Shown here: piece after piece, positions 16,888 to 26,366 of the stretch
Layout of the letters: the number at the start of each line of letters is the position of its first letter
Position numbering within the stretch: the stretch's first letter is position 1
Assembly (NCBI GenBank): GCA_036795455.1
Contig: DAIRET010000002.1
Coordinates: forward strand, 15,325-79,324
Length of the DNA stretch: 64,000 nt
From: Ignavibacteriaceae bacterium
GTDB taxonomy: Bacteria > Bacteroidota > Ignavibacteria > Ignavibacteriales > Ignavibacteriaceae
Direction of reading: 5' to 3'
Position numbers and translations under genes: made by a program
The notes under the pieces: model-generated
What the model was told of the DNA's origin: nothing
The model's database searches: none
The model's input: only the letters and a program-made list of their open reading frames with translations

Positions 16888-17763
16888 TTAAATTGTTATT
16901 AAATTAATTTGATTTTCAAAAAGTTGTTTGTACGACTGAATAAGGTTCTCGAGGTATTCTGCGTTACCGAGCCTAAGTATTGCCGTGATTTCTTCATCAA
17001 GGACGTAATCAAAATCCCAGTTAAAATCCCCTAACTGGAAATAGTTTGTCATATAGTCCGCAAGATGAACAATTGCAGTAAGCTGCTTGTAATTTTCTGC
17101 TCCAGAAGGTAAATGGTGATTCATAATGACTTCCGACAATGAAGAAGGAAGGTTCCATTTTTCAATCAGTTTTGCGCCAATCTGGTTATGATGAAACCCG
17201 AGAGCTCTTTCTTCAGCATCATAAATCGACATTCCTTCATCATTAGCAAGGTCTAATATTTTCGAGTAATCTTTCTTAAAATATCTACAGATAATCGGAA
17301 TACCGAGGTCATGCAGTAAACCTGCAGTAAATGCTTCGCCGGTATTGGGAAGCCCGAGATCCATTGCAATTCTTCTTGAAGCTGTTGCAGTCATAATTGA
17401 ATGGAGTCCGAACTGTTTCTGGTCGAATTTCCCGTCGCAATAACTGCTGCATGTTTCTAAAATTGCAAATGCAGACACTATGTTTTTTATGTGATTAAAA
17501 CCAAGCACAACAATTGCAAAATCAATCGTTGCTACTCTTCTCGGGAATCCGAACAAAGGGGAATTTGCAACCGATAATATTTTTGTAGACAAACCCTGGT
17601 CTTTGCTTATTACTTTACTAAGCTGTGAAGCACTTGAAACCGGGTTCTGAATAATTGCATCAACTTCAAAAATTATATTCGGTAATGCAGGAAGATTCCT
17701 TATCCGCGAAAGTGCGGCTTCGATTTTTATTTCACTTTCGGGACTAATTACGTGATTTACCAT
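16888..17763 (-). CDS. HDOD-domain protein (copy 1)
   Basis: LPALPNIIFEVDAIIQNPVSSASQLSKVISKDQGLSTKILSVANSPLFG and AGLLHDLGIPI. The start overlaps the fliA 3' end by 20 nt. Confidence 0.82.
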   Translation of the reverse strand: MVNHVISPESEIKIEAALSRIRNLPALPNIIFEVDAIIQNPVSSASQLSKVISKDQGLSTKILSVANSPLFGFPRRVATIDFAIVVLGFNHIKNIVSAFAILETCSSYCDGKFDQKQFGLHSIMTATASRRIAMDLGLPNTGEAFTAGLLHDLGIPIICRYFKKDYSKILDLANDEGMSIYDAEERALGFHHNQIGAKLIEKWNLPSSLSEVIMNHHLPSGAENYKQLTAIVHLADYMTNYFQLGDFNWDFDYVLDEEITAILRLGNAEYLENLIQSYKQLFENQINLITI

Positions 17764-18376
17764 AGATAGATTTAAAGTTATTCTTCAGTTGTTGTAAAAT
17801 TTTAGTATGAATTTGCGACACCCTTGAAACAGTAATATTTAAGACTTCGGCTATTTCTTTATAGTTTAAACTTTCGTAGTAGTAAAGTGTAATAATTAAT
17901 CTGTCGCGTTCATTCAGTTTTTTAAGAAGTGCAAAAAGGATTTCTTTTTCTTCTCCCTTTTTTACTGTTTCGTCCGGTGTTTCTGCATCGGAAGGAATTG
18001 TTTCCAGCAGCAAGTAGCCCCCTTCATCGTCCACCCCGGTTGAAAGGGAGAGGTTTTTATAAACCACATCGTTTTCACCTGTTTTTCTCGGTTTAATCTG
18101 GATTTTCCGCAGTTCATCAATAATTTTCCCTCTTATTCTCTGAATTGCATACGTTTCAAACTTGGTACCGTAATCCGGGTCAAATCTTTCAATTGCTTCA
18201 CTTAAACCTTCAATCCCGAATTGATAAAAATCCTTTTCATCCATTATATCATATTTTTGTAACCGGGTATTCTGGATAACGTAGTGAACAAGATTCAGAT
18301 ATTGAACTATTATCTTCTTCTTATTATCACTATCTGGATTTGCTTTGTATTCCTGCCACAGTGCAACATTATTCAT
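17744..18376 (-). CDS. fliA: flagellar sigma factor FliA (sigma-28)
   Basis: Region 2 EGLSEAIERFDPDYGTKFETYAIQRIRGKIIDELR. Region 4 HTH LNYKEIAEVLNITVSRVSQIHTKILQQLK. Located downstream of flhF-flhG. Confidence 0.9.
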   Translation of the reverse strand: MNNVALWQEYKANPDSDNKKKIIVQYLNLVHYVIQNTRLQKYDIMDEKDFYQFGIEGLSEAIERFDPDYGTKFETYAIQRIRGKIIDELRKIQIKPRKTGENDVVYKNLSLSTGVDDEGGYLLLETIPSDAETPDETVKKGEEKEILFALLKKLNERDRLIITLYYYESLNYKEIAEVLNITVSRVSQIHTKILQQLKNNFKSIYGKSRN

Positions 18377-18608
18377 TGGAATTGTTTCCTATCATGTTAT
18401 TGTAATCCGAATCTTTTTTATCGACTGTTTTGTTAACCGCCTTCATGAACGTCAAAATGATTATTGCAAGCGTAATGGTTACCACTACAAAAACAACCAG
18501 CGCCCGTATAATCACATGTTCTAAAACTATACCTTGCTGTACAAAAAATATTATCGAGAGAAAAAAAATTAACAAACCAAACTGTACAACTATCTTATTC
18601 ATCTTCAT
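18369..18608 (-). CDS. small two-TM membrane protein, translationally coupled to fliA
   Basis: 79 aa. FGLLIFFLSIIFFV and ALVVFVVVTITLAIIILTF are hydrophobic segments. The 3' end overlaps the fliA start by 8 nt. Confidence 0.5.
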   Translation of the reverse strand: MKMNKIVVQFGLLIFFLSIIFFVQQGIVLEHVIIRALVVFVVVTITLAIIILTFMKAVNKTVDKKDSDYNNMIGNNSNE

Positions 18609-18632
18609 TCCATTTTCTTTAGATGTAAAAAG

Positions 18633-18647
18633 ACAAATTGTATACCA
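18633..18647 (-). promoter_or_regulatory. weak sigma-54-like -24/-12 element upstream of the 79-aa ORF and fliA
   Basis: The minus strand reads TGGTAT-ACAAT-TTGT, with correct GG-N10-G spacing but both consensus C positions altered. It lies 24 nt before the ATG, at a position like the two better elements at 27934 and 41427. Confidence 0.3.
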
Positions 18648-18678
18648 TAACTCTTTTTTTTTGAAGACGTTAAATACT

Positions 18679-18701
18679 GCGAAAAAAGGGGATTTTTTCG
18701 C
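18679..18701 (-). terminator. possible weak terminator or attenuating hairpin after flhG
   Basis: GCGAAAAAA-TCCCC-TTTTTTCGC on the minus strand, a 9-bp A/T-rich stem. The U-tract is part of the stem, so this is not a classical terminator. Confidence 0.3.
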
Positions 18702-18725
18702 TAAATAAAGGAAAGGTGCAGTTTC

Positions 18726-19553
18726 TTAATGGTGATTATTAGCCATTTGCCGATTTTTTTCAAGCCGGTTTAAAAGCACTGAAAACTGCTTTGCCGTTGT
18801 TGTACCGGGGTACTCTTTTAGGTAGATTTTTTGGTTTTGAAATGAACTCATTATATCTTTTTCAAAAGGGATATAACCCAAGTGGATTATCTCTATTCCG
18901 AGGAAATGGTTTACCGCTTTCTGCAGGTTTTCAGATGCAGTAACCGCATCATTTTCATCTATACATTTGTTAAATAGAACGCAATTCAAACCCGACAAAT
19001 TATTAACAGTTGAAATTTTTGTGATTGCGTATGCGTCCATTACGGAAGTCGGATCTGTATTTGCTACGACAATGTTTATGTCGGCAAACTTTATCGCAGT
19101 TAAAACCTCTGCCGGAACACCCGGCGGACAATCGATAAGGATATAATCATAACTCCCCCTTGAATCGCCTAACTTTTGCAGAAATGAAAGAATTTCATCC
19201 TCTTTTCCCCCGTTATTGTTAATATTTCCATCATCACCCATAATCAGGTGAAGATTATCGGTAAAGTGAAAAATAATATCTTCGAAGAAAACCCTGGAGT
19301 TCAAAAAATCCGGTATTGTAGATTGCGGAATCAGGTTCAACATTGTCCCGAGACTCGAAAAATTCAGGTTAAAATCGATTAGCAATACTTTTTTTCTTTC
19401 AGAAAGAAGAAATGCCGTATTTATTGCTGTAAAAGTTTTCCCCGTCCCTCCTTTGCCGGAGGTAAAAGTAATTACCGGGCAGCTATCGTATTTTGATTCT
19501 TCTTCCCGAAAATTTTTTAACTGAACAATCCTTTCTGCCTGACCAGCTATCAA
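18726..19553 (-). CDS. flhG: flagellar number regulator FlhG (MinD/ParA-type ATPase)
   Basis: Deviant Walker A ITFTSGKGGTGKTFTAINTA. Overlaps the flhF stop by 4 nt. Confidence 0.88.
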   Translation of the reverse strand: MIAGQAERIVQLKNFREEESKYDSCPVITFTSGKGGTGKTFTAINTAFLLSERKKVLLIDFNLNFSSLGTMLNLIPQSTIPDFLNSRVFFEDIIFHFTDNLHLIMGDDGNINNNGGKEDEILSFLQKLGDSRGSYDYILIDCPPGVPAEVLTAIKFADINIVVANTDPTSVMDAYAITKISTVNNLSGLNCVLFNKCIDENDAVTASENLQKAVNHFLGIEIIHLGYIPFEKDIMSSFQNQKIYLKEYPGTTTAKQFSVLLNRLEKNRQMANNHH

Positions 19554-20671
19554 GATAGTTTCCCCGTGTAGATTAATTTTGCAATATAATCCGGGTCTGC
19601 AGCTATAATGTCATCCGGGATAACCTGTCCGTTTGTTAGAAATTTTACCGGGACGTTCATTTCGTTTGCAGTATTCAAAATATTTCCATACGAAACCGAC
19701 TCGTCAAGTTTTGTAAAAATCAAACCGGAGTAGTTAAGTACTTTAAACTTCTTCGCAACATCCACCAGGTTTTTTGTAGCTCCGGTTGTATTTAATACAA
19801 GCATAGTTTCATCAATCTTTACGCCTGACAATGTCTGCCCTATTTCTTTAAGTTGGGCGGCATTATTCTGACTTCTTCCAACCGTATCTACAAATACAAG
19901 GTCTTTCTTGGCGAACTTTTTCATAATTTTGGGTACATCCGCTGCTTTATATGCAACAAGCATTTCTATTTCACTTAGTTCTGCAAACGTTTTTAACTGA
20001 TCAATTGCCCCCAGCCTGTAAGTGTCTATCGAGATTAATCCAACATTCAGTTTATGCAGGATTTTCGAAATTAATGCCAGTTTGGCTACGCACGTTGTTT
20101 TACCCACGCCGGTAGGTCCAACAAGTGCAACAACTTTGGGAGTATTTCTTTTTTTCACCTCAAAACCTTCAGTAGGAATCAATGATGATACTACCGAAGT
20201 TATGAAGTCGTTTGTTGCCGGTTTTTTCAGAAGATTCAATTGGTTTTTTATCTGCAGAATTATTTTTTCTGCGAGACGTGAACTCACATCATTTATTACA
20301 AGAATGCTTTTTATTTCAGCTAATTGTTCATCAAACGGGGATTTTTTTTGTTCCGTCTTATTTAATTCCGGATTTTTCGGCTCGGTTTTGGGTTGTTTGC
20401 CTGCACCCTGGTAAATCTTTTGTCGTAATATTTTCAACTCGGAATCGAAACCGCTTTCATCACCTGTCTCAATTCTTTTTTTAATATTCTTATTTAATTT
20501 TGCGACCGGTGTGTCTTCTTCCACTCCTGCAACTACTTCAAAAACTACCCTGGAGCTTCCATTCTGCTTCAAATTTTTTGTGCTTAAAATAACCGCTTCG
20601 TCCCCCATTTCACCTTTAATTTGAGCCAAAGCCTCTTTTAGAGAGGGTGCAAGAAACTTTTTAATTTTCAT
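19550..20671 (-). CDS. flhF: flagellar biosynthesis GTPase FlhF (SRP-type)
   Basis: VVALVGPTGVGKTTCVAKLA, DTYRLGAIDQL, VDTVGRS and FTKLDES G-motifs. Follows flhA. Confidence 0.92.
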   Translation of the reverse strand: MKIKKFLAPSLKEALAQIKGEMGDEAVILSTKNLKQNGSSRVVFEVVAGVEEDTPVAKLNKNIKKRIETGDESGFDSELKILRQKIYQGAGKQPKTEPKNPELNKTEQKKSPFDEQLAEIKSILVINDVSSRLAEKIILQIKNQLNLLKKPATNDFITSVVSSLIPTEGFEVKKRNTPKVVALVGPTGVGKTTCVAKLALISKILHKLNVGLISIDTYRLGAIDQLKTFAELSEIEMLVAYKAADVPKIMKKFAKKDLVFVDTVGRSQNNAAQLKEIGQTLSGVKIDETMLVLNTTGATKNLVDVAKKFKVLNYSGLIFTKLDESVSYGNILNTANEMNVPVKFLTNGQVIPDDIIAADPDYIAKLIYTGKLS

Positions 20672-20673
20672 TA

Positions 20674-22716
20674 TTAAACCTCCAGTTTGCCAATAAATTC
20701 AATCTCTAAACTTGACGGTAACTCGGAATAAGAAAGGACCACCAATTCAGGGAAACTTGTATTGAGTAGTTTAAATAGGTATGGTCTTATCGTTGCCGAA
20801 GTCATAAATACAGGCACAAAGCCGAGTTCCTTGAACTTCTCAAGATATACTTTAATGTTCTCATTCAACAAAATCAATGTATGCGGATCCAGCCCTAAAG
20901 TTTGAATTGCATCTTTATTCTTTTGAAGTGCATTCACGATATTCGCTTCAAGTCTGTCTCCTAAAGCAACAGCATGAACAATACCGTTATAATCTTTATA
21001 AAGGTTAGCTATTGTATCTCCCAAAGAATGCCTTACATATTCAGTAAGAACGTCAATATTCTTTGTAACTTTTGAATAGTCAATCAATGCTTCAACAACC
21101 TGGACAAGGTCTTTAATTGGGATTAATTCTTTCAACAGGTTTTGAAGCACTTTTTGTATTGTTCCAAGCGGTAATACATCCGGGTTAATATCTTCGATAA
21201 CAGCCGGGTACTCTTTTTTAAGATTTTCAAGCAGTTGTTTAACCGATTGCCTTGTAAGTATTTTATCGAAATTCTTTTTCAATGCTTCCTGCAAATGAGT
21301 TGAAAGAACCGAGATTCCGTCAACCACAGTATAACCCGCAAGTTCAGCCCGTTCTTTTTCAGCATCTGTAATCCAGTATGAATTCAAATTAAATGCAGGG
21401 TCAATAGTAGCTATTCCTGTCAATTCTTCCGTAGCAGTTCCCGAATTAATTGCAAGATACCTATCGCTGAATATTTCAAAACTGGCGACTGTAATTCCTT
21501 TTATCTTTATTAAATATTGATTCGGCTCAAGCTGTAAATTATCTCTTACTCTAACCGGCGGAACAAGAACTCCATATTCAAGTGCGATGTATTTTCTTGT
21601 TGATGAGATTTTCTGGAACAGATTACCGCCCTGGTTTTCATCTACCAAAGAAATCAGCCCGTACCCGATTTCTACCTCAATCGGATCGACTTGAAGATAC
21701 TCTTCCACTTTTTCCGAGGGAGCTTCGATTTTTACTTCCTCTTCAACTTTTTCCACGTCTTTCAAAGATTTTTTATACTTAGCAGTAAAGTATGCGGCAA
21801 GTCCCAAAAAGAATGATAGCGACAGGAATGCAAATGTCGGCATTCCCGGTATCAACCCGAAAAGGAATACAAAGCCGGACACAGTACTCAGTACCCTCGG
21901 ATTTGAAAACAACTGTGTTTTCATTTGGAGGTCAAGTGCATCTCCCGATGCGCTTCTTGTTACAACAATACCGGCAGAAGTAGCGATTAAAAGAGCAGGT
22001 ATTTGAGATACAAGTCCATCACCGATTGTTAAAACAGTGTAGGTCTGTAGGGCAGAAGTTATTTCAAGGTTTCTTTGAACAACACCAATTATAATACCAC
22101 CTAAAATGTTTATAGCATTTATAAGTAATCCTGCTATAGCATCCCCTTTCACGAATTTACTTGCACCATCCATTGCGCCGTAAAATTCCGCTTCTCTCGA
22201 AATATCGTCCCTTCTTTTCCGGGCGTCGGCTTCTGTAATTAACCCGGTATTCAAATCTGCGTCAATTGCCATCTGTTTACCCGGCATTGCATCAAGTGTA
22301 AATCTTGCGGCAACCTCGGAAATTCTACCCGAACCTTTTACAATTACAATAAATTGAATAATTACGAGTATAATAAAGATAATAAATCCGACCACATAGC
22401 TTCCACCGACAACAAATACTCCGAAAGTTTCAATTACTTTTCCTGCATCTCCTTCTAAAAGTATAAGCCTCGTTGAACTTATATTCAGTGCCAATCTGAA
22501 TAAAGTCAGCATTAGAAGTAACCCCGGAAAAACAGAAATTTCGAGAGGAGAGCGGATGTACAGCGATACGATTAGAATCAAAATTGCTATTGAGATATTT
22601 AAAGCAAGAAAAAAATCGAGCATAAAAGTAGGTAAAGGAATAATCATCAATCCGAGGATCAACACCATTCCCGCTGCCAGTACTATATCCGAATTTTTTA
22701 GAAACTTACCCATCAT
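20674..22716 (-). CDS. flhA: flagellar export apparatus protein FlhA
   Basis: 680 aa. An N-terminal 8-TM region and FVKGDAIAGLLINAINILGGIIIGV. Large C-terminal cytoplasmic domain. Confidence 0.95.
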   Translation of the reverse strand: MMGKFLKNSDIVLAAGMVLILGLMIIPLPTFMLDFFLALNISIAILILIVSLYIRSPLEISVFPGLLLMLTLFRLALNISSTRLILLEGDAGKVIETFGVFVVGGSYVVGFIIFIILVIIQFIVIVKGSGRISEVAARFTLDAMPGKQMAIDADLNTGLITEADARKRRDDISREAEFYGAMDGASKFVKGDAIAGLLINAINILGGIIIGVVQRNLEITSALQTYTVLTIGDGLVSQIPALLIATSAGIVVTRSASGDALDLQMKTQLFSNPRVLSTVSGFVFLFGLIPGMPTFAFLSLSFFLGLAAYFTAKYKKSLKDVEKVEEEVKIEAPSEKVEEYLQVDPIEVEIGYGLISLVDENQGGNLFQKISSTRKYIALEYGVLVPPVRVRDNLQLEPNQYLIKIKGITVASFEIFSDRYLAINSGTATEELTGIATIDPAFNLNSYWITDAEKERAELAGYTVVDGISVLSTHLQEALKKNFDKILTRQSVKQLLENLKKEYPAVIEDINPDVLPLGTIQKVLQNLLKELIPIKDLVQVVEALIDYSKVTKNIDVLTEYVRHSLGDTIANLYKDYNGIVHAVALGDRLEANIVNALQKNKDAIQTLGLDPHTLILLNENIKVYLEKFKELGFVPVFMTSATIRPYLFKLLNTSFPELVVLSYSELPSSLEIEFIGKLEV

Positions 22717-23802
22717 TTAAATAATGCTCTTCTTTTTTGCACTGTTTTTTAACTTGAAAATGTATGCAAGTATCTGTGCGACAGATTTATATAGACTTGC
22801 AGGTATTTCATCGCCTATGTTACAATACTTGTACAACGCTCTTGCAAGCGGAACATCCTCGAAAAGGGGGACATTATGTTCGGCTGCAACTTTTTTAATT
22901 CTTTGTGCAACTTCGTTTATTCCTTTTGCAACTACTTTAGGAGCATTCTTTTTCCCGACTTCATATTTCAATGCAACCGCATAGTGTGTCGGGTTTGTTA
23001 TTACTACATCGGCAGTCGGCACATCCTGCATCATTCTACTTCTTGCCATTTGAAGTTGTTTGCTCTTAATTTTCCCTTTTATTAAAGGATCGCCTTCAGT
23101 TTGTTTATTCTCTTCTTTAACTTCCTGTTTCGTCATCATAAGGTCTTTTTTATGTTTGAACTTTTGGAATGCAAAATCACCCGCAGCAATAACAACAAAA
23201 GCGAGGCAGATTTTCCAGACGAATGCTAATCCGGTATCAACCATAAAAGAAAAAACCTCGTCAACCGAAAAGTCTATTAGACCGACAGATTGAGCAATGA
23301 TATCCGATAAAACCCAGTATGCGAATAAACCGACAATAGCGAGCTTAAATAATGCTTTTACAACTTCAACCAACGAAGTAGAAGAGAAGAGAACTCTTTT
23401 CAAACCTTTCAAGGGGTTCAGTTTGGAGAATTTCGGCTGTAATGCTTTCGGAGTAATTTTAAACCCGACCTGACCATAATTAACCGCAAGACCTATAATC
23501 ATTAGTCCTACTACCACCGGTGCAACAAGCGAAACAAAAAACAGGAAACCTTTAATAGCCAAAGTTGACAGAACGTCGAAATTGATTTCAAATTCGTGTA
23601 AAGAGGAGAAGATATAAATTGAAACGAATTTTATCTGCCCGCCGATATGGCTTTGAAAAAGGGTTAACAGTCCCATTCCCGATAAAAGTGCGGCAAAGGA
23701 AGAAAGCTCCTGGCTTTTTGCAACCTGTCCTTTTTCTCTTGATTCATTAAGACGTTTACCCGACGCTTGTTCGGTCTTTTCCTGTCCGTCAGAATTCTCC
23801 AT
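22717..23802 (-). CDS. flhB: flagellar export switch protein FlhB
   Basis: EKTEQASGKRLNESREKGQVAKSQEL at the N terminus. Autocleavage motif VVITNPTHYAVAL. Confidence 0.95.
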   Translation of the reverse strand: MENSDGQEKTEQASGKRLNESREKGQVAKSQELSSFAALLSGMGLLTLFQSHIGGQIKFVSIYIFSSLHEFEINFDVLSTLAIKGFLFFVSLVAPVVVGLMIIGLAVNYGQVGFKITPKALQPKFSKLNPLKGLKRVLFSSTSLVEVVKALFKLAIVGLFAYWVLSDIIAQSVGLIDFSVDEVFSFMVDTGLAFVWKICLAFVVIAAGDFAFQKFKHKKDLMMTKQEVKEENKQTEGDPLIKGKIKSKQLQMARSRMMQDVPTADVVITNPTHYAVALKYEVGKKNAPKVVAKGINEVAQRIKKVAAEHNVPLFEDVPLARALYKYCNIGDEIPASLYKSVAQILAYIFKLKNSAKKKSII

Positions 23803-24579
23803 TTACCTGCTCATAACTGTTAAAATGTATGAAAGACCCTCCTGGTACTGTGTTAAAAGATTCCTGATTATATAAATAGTAATCGGAGCGGCAGAAGCCA
23901 TCAGCATTAAACCGAGAATCATTTTTAACGGAAGGACAACAAAAAAAACCTGCATCTGAGGGATTACTCTTGATATAACACCCATTGCAACATGAACCAA
24001 AAAGAAAGAAACCAATACAGGAGCTGCAATTTTAATTGCAATTATAAAAACTCCCCCGGCATACTTTGCCAGTTCAGTAGCAAGGTTACCGCTAATAACG
24101 TACGTTCCAAGCGGGATAATTTTCAAAGAAGAAGAAAGCGCTTGAATAATAAAATGATGCCCGTTAATTAACAAAAAAACCAGAATTGCTACTAAATAGT
24201 AAAAATCGCCTATAATATTGTTTTCAAATTCAACCGAAGGATTAAACATAGCCGCAACACCAAAACCTGTTTCCTGCCCGGTTAACATACCTCCATAGGC
24301 AATTCCCCAGAAAACAATATTAAATGCAAAACCTATTATCATACCCGTAATTAATTCTTTTGTTCCGGTTAAAGCAAGCATTAGTAAACCTTGTTCCTGG
24401 TTAAACTGAAAATCTTTTACAAGGAACATCAGCATATATGTAATTACAATTGCAAGAAACATTTTAGCAAGTACGGGTAATGAGCCATGCCCGAATACAG
24501 GTGCAACAAATATTACGCCTGCAATCCTTAAAAAGACAAAAAGCCCGGTAATGAAATCCGATATTAAAATGTTCGTCAT
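23803..24579 (-). CDS. fliR: flagellar export protein FliR
   Basis: 258-aa polytopic membrane protein between fliQ and flhB. N terminus FLRIAGVIFVAPVFG fits FliR. Confidence 0.9.
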   Translation of the reverse strand: MTNILISDFITGLFVFLRIAGVIFVAPVFGHGSLPVLAKMFLAIVITYMLMFLVKDFQFNQEQGLLMLALTGTKELITGMIIGFAFNIVFWGIAYGGMLTGQETGFGVAAMFNPSVEFENNIIGDFYYLVAILVFLLINGHHFIIQALSSSLKIIPLGTYVISGNLATELAKYAGGVFIIAIKIAAPVLVSFFLVHVAMGVISRVIPQMQVFFVVLPLKMILGLMLMASAAPITIYIIRNLLTQYQEGLSYILTVMSR

Positions 24580-24845
24580 TTTACAAGCGCCGTGAACATA
24601 TTAAAATATTTTACCGTAAAAGTAACGAGCTTATCGAGTATGAACGGAAGAAGTATAATTATTACAATTGCAGTAAGAATAATTTTCGGTACAAATGTCA
24701 GCGTCATTTCATTAATTGAAGTCGCCGTCTGGAAGATCGAAATGACCACCCCTACAATAAGCGATGTCATTAAGATTGGAAGCAGTAAAAGCATTGTAGT
24801 AAAAAAAATGTCCGATAAAATTTCAGTAATAAGTTCAACCGTCAT
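24576..24845 (-). CDS. fliQ: flagellar export protein FliQ
   Basis: 89 aa, two TM segments, LLLLPILMTSLIVGVVISIFQTATSINEMTLTFVPKI. Confidence 0.92.
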   Translation of the reverse strand: MTVELITEILSDIFFTTMLLLLPILMTSLIVGVVISIFQTATSINEMTLTFVPKIILTAIVIIILLPFILDKLVTFTVKYFNMFTALVK

Positions 24846-24846
24846 A

Positions 24847-25614
24847 TCAATTAAAACTCCTTATTAAAGAACCTATAACAAGGTTCCATCCATCAACAAG
24901 AACAAACAATAATATTTTAAATGGAAGCGAGATCATCATAGGGGGAAGCATCATCATACCCATAGACATTAAAACGCTTGCCACCATCATATCGATAATT
25001 AAAAAAGGAATAAACATGAAAAAACCGATAATAAAACCTGCGCGTAATTCGCTTAGAACAAAAGCCGGAATAAGGACGTAAGTAGGAAGTGCTTCGCGTG
25101 TTTCCGGTCTTGTGGAACTCGATAAACTTACGAACAATTCAAGGTCTTCATCCCTAACGTTCTTAAACATAAACTGCCTGATAGGTTCAATCCCTTTATT
25201 ATAAGCGGAATCCATGGTGATTTTTCCGTCCATGTACGGCTTTAGAGCTTCGTCATTCACCTGGTTCCAGGTTGGCGCCATTAAAAAAAAAGTAATAAAA
25301 AGAGCGATTCCCGCCAGTAATTGATTCGGCGGCATCTGTGCGGTTCCAAGTGCGTTCTTCAAAAAATGGAATACGATTATCATCCTTAAAAATGATGTTG
25401 TCATTATCATTATCGAAGGAGCCAGCGAAAGGATTGTCAACAGCAGCAGTAACTGAATTGTTGTAGAAATATCCTGCGGGCTGTCCGACGTACCCACATC
25501 AATACCGATTTTCGGAAGAGCTACGGTCGGATTTTGCTGCGCTTCGGCTACACCCTGGAAAAGTATTATAACCAGCAAAATGAGAAATGAGAGTTTTATA
25601 TAATTCTGTTTCAT
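24847..25614 (-). CDS. fliP: flagellar export protein FliP
   Basis: FLRMIIVFHFLKNALGTAQMPPNQLLAGIALFITFFLMAP and LPFKILLFVLVDGW. Confidence 0.95.
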   Translation of the reverse strand: MKQNYIKLSFLILLVIILFQGVAEAQQNPTVALPKIGIDVGTSDSPQDISTTIQLLLLLTILSLAPSIMIMTTSFLRMIIVFHFLKNALGTAQMPPNQLLAGIALFITFFLMAPTWNQVNDEALKPYMDGKITMDSAYNKGIEPIRQFMFKNVRDEDLELFVSLSSSTRPETREALPTYVLIPAFVLSELRAGFIIGFFMFIPFLIIDMMVASVLMSMGMMMLPPMMISLPFKILLFVLVDGWNLVIGSLIRSFN

Positions 25615-25955
25615 TTGCGTATAATACTTCTTTTCAATAATTCCCAGACGTTTTCATTTGCAACCTGCCCCGTGTTTTCAACTTCATCAATACCGGCAGG
25701 TTCATCAAGTTTATCAATTAAGGAAATTGAATGATCGGAAATTCCTAAAAGATAGTATTTGTCTTTAAGTCTAATCAACGAAACAAACTTCTTCGGCATT
25801 AACGGCTGGACAGTAATAACCTTCACGGCAAATTTTTGATTCGGGCTAAACCTATTAAAAAGAACATATTTTTTTATCAAAAACACGAGTATATAAAAAA
25901 TGCCTAGAAGAATCCCGAGAACAAGGAATACTTTAGTAATTTCCCATGCGCCCAT
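25611..25955 (-). CDS. fliO: flagellar export protein FliO (FliZ-type)
   Basis: 114 aa with a single N-terminal TM. Positioned between fliN and fliP, overlapping fliP by 4 nt. Assigned mainly by synteny. Confidence 0.7.
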   Translation of the reverse strand: MGAWEITKVFLVLGILLGIFYILVFLIKKYVLFNRFSPNQKFAVKVITVQPLMPKKFVSLIRLKDKYYLLGISDHSISLIDKLDEPAGIDEVENTGQVANENVWELLKRSIIRK

Positions 25956-26351
25956 TTAAATTCCTTTAATCCTGTCTGCTGTATCAACAAGGTTTGTAAT
26001 TCTTATCCCGAAGTGTTTATCCATAACAACCACTTCACCTTCGGCAATTTTTTTGTTGTTCACATAAACGTCAACGGGTTCACTTGCTAATTTTTCAAGT
26101 TCGATTACATAACCCCGTTCAAGTTCAAGAATTTCTTTAATCTGCATTTTTGTTCTTCCGAGTTCAATGTAAACCGTTAAACTCAAATCTTTAAGGAATT
26201 CCATTCTATCTTCACCAAGAAAACCGGTTTTATAAGATTCGTTAAACTGCGGAAAATCAGCTTTGGAAGCGCTTATAATTGAATTCGCATCCATGGACTG
26301 GTTCGCCGTATTTTCACTCTGTTGTTCGGTATTCATGTTCTGATTATCCAT
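25956..26351 (-). CDS. fliN: flagellar motor switch protein FliN
   Basis: SpoA-type C terminus LSLTVYIELGRTKMQIKEILELERGYVIELEKLASEPVDVYVNNKKIAEGEVVVMDKHFGIRIT. Confidence 0.92.
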   Translation of the reverse strand: MDNQNMNTEQQSENTANQSMDANSIISASKADFPQFNESYKTGFLGEDRMEFLKDLSLTVYIELGRTKMQIKEILELERGYVIELEKLASEPVDVYVNNKKIAEGEVVVMDKHFGIRITNLVDTADRIKGI

Positions 26352-26366
26352 ACTTTTGCACCTAAT

